Shown here piece after piece: positions 63,187-64,000 of a stretch of DNA of 64,000 bases. The translations under genes were made by a program, and so were the position numbers. Origin of the DNA: a virus (taxonomy: Duplodnaviria; Caudoviricetes); IMG/VR virus record IMGVR_UViG_3300020050_006875, positions 3,580 to 67,579 of that record; one strand, given 5' to 3'. The first letter of the stretch is position 1; each line of letters opens with the position of its first letter. Under the pieces are notes generated by a model. It made no database searches. It was not told the DNA's origin and saw nothing but the letters and a program-made list of their open reading frames with translations.

Positions 63187-63674
63187 TCTGCCCTCTTTAT
63201 TCGTAAAACATTCTTAGGAAACTTATTCACCCTACTACCCTTAAACCCCAAAGAGGGATTGAGCCAATAGACATTCTTATGCCCCACACAAGGAGCAACA
63301 TATCCATAACGGCAAAGCTCATTCATAGCTGCCCTATATGTCTTCACACTCTTAATGCCACACTCCTTCATCAACCTCTCAACATTCACCCATATGTAAT
63401 CCTTCCCAGACAGCACCGTGTACATACTCCATGTCCAAACTTGCAACGCCCGAAAAGACAACCCCGCCATCACTATCCTATTCTCAGGCTTGTCAAACAC
63501 TTTGGCAAATGTCTCACACTCCAACTCCACAACATTATCCACCATCACACCATCCTCATCAACTACCCACCCACTTTTCCCCTCCAACACCTTCACCACC
63601 AATCCCCCCAAAAAAGGATTTGCCCCCAGCTTTGTCTCGTCAATTTGTGAAGGTAAAATTTTTCCCATTTTCAT
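63183..63674 (-). CDS. RepL-like winged-helix replication protein
   Basis: VERLMKECGIKSVKTYRAAMNELCRYGYV HTH, then VYWLNPSLGFKGSR; start chosen at ATG 63674. Confidence 0.65.
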   Translation of the reverse strand: MKMGKILPSQIDETKLGANPFLGGLVVKVLEGKSGWVVDEDGVMVDNVVELECETFAKVFDKPENRIVMAGLSFRALQVWTWSMYTVLSGKDYIWVNVERLMKECGIKSVKTYRAAMNELCRYGYVAPCVGHKNVYWLNPSLGFKGSRVNKFPKNVLRIKRAE

Positions 63675-64000
63675 TTCTCTCCCCACAAAAATAGGAAATA
63701 AATTACCTAAAAGGCAAAATATTACCACAAATACATACAAAAAAGGGAAATATTTTTCCCTCGAAAAGTGTCATAATTAACTAACTATCACTCTGTTACA
63801 GCAAAAGTGAAATTGTATATACTAAATACATACAAACTTGCTTCTTTAAAATTGTATGCCTTTTAATACGCTAACATATTAACACACACATATTTATCCC
63901 CTAAATATCCCCCTCCTTTTAAAGGCAATATTTTACCATCCCCCGTGTCCCAATTGACACACTTTTAACGGAAATTCTGTTAAGCCCCCCCTAAGTATTC

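Noticed and set aside
1-64000. Stop-codon reassignment as in some crAss-like phages
   Set aside because: All long genes (terL, portal, MCP, cargo) are intact under the standard code, and TAA, TAG and TGA all appear as real stops.
1-64000. Integrase, repressor or attachment site indicating a prophage
   Set aside because: No recombinase or CI-like motifs and no host-like genes at either end.

Overview
This window is most of the genome of a lytic podovirus-type dsDNA phage infecting a Bacteroidota host. The host call rests on more than 15 TAnnTTTG sigma70-type promoter elements in front of genes and on A-rich, SD-less translation starts. Layout: (i) 15-7774, plus-strand early genes: SSB-like protein, HNH, Gp157, small basic proteins, two LytTR-only proteins, and a C5 DNA methyltransferase with a nested alternative-frame gene. 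(ii) An ORF-free region of about 480 nt (7860-8340) that looks like a structured RNA. (iii) 8376-48396, a minus-strand lysis and virion module with crAss-like architecture: CHAP endolysin, tail fibre, major capsid, scaffold, portal, muzzle, ejection proteins, ring proteins and terminase. It is interrupted by a ferritin gene and by an inverted methyltransferase/glycosyltransferase island. (iv) 48362-63674, minus-strand GroES-like pair, MazG-like protein, HNH, NinB, primase-helicase, a replication initiator behind RNA-switch-like leaders, a metallophosphoesterase, paralog arrays and two atypical tRNA-like elements. No DNA polymerase, RNA polymerase or integrase is visible. The most striking observation is a 1774-aa putative ejection protein carrying a complete C5-cytosine DNA methyltransferase domain bracketed by two copies of a helical module. 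All family assignments come from motif recognition by eye, not from database searches.
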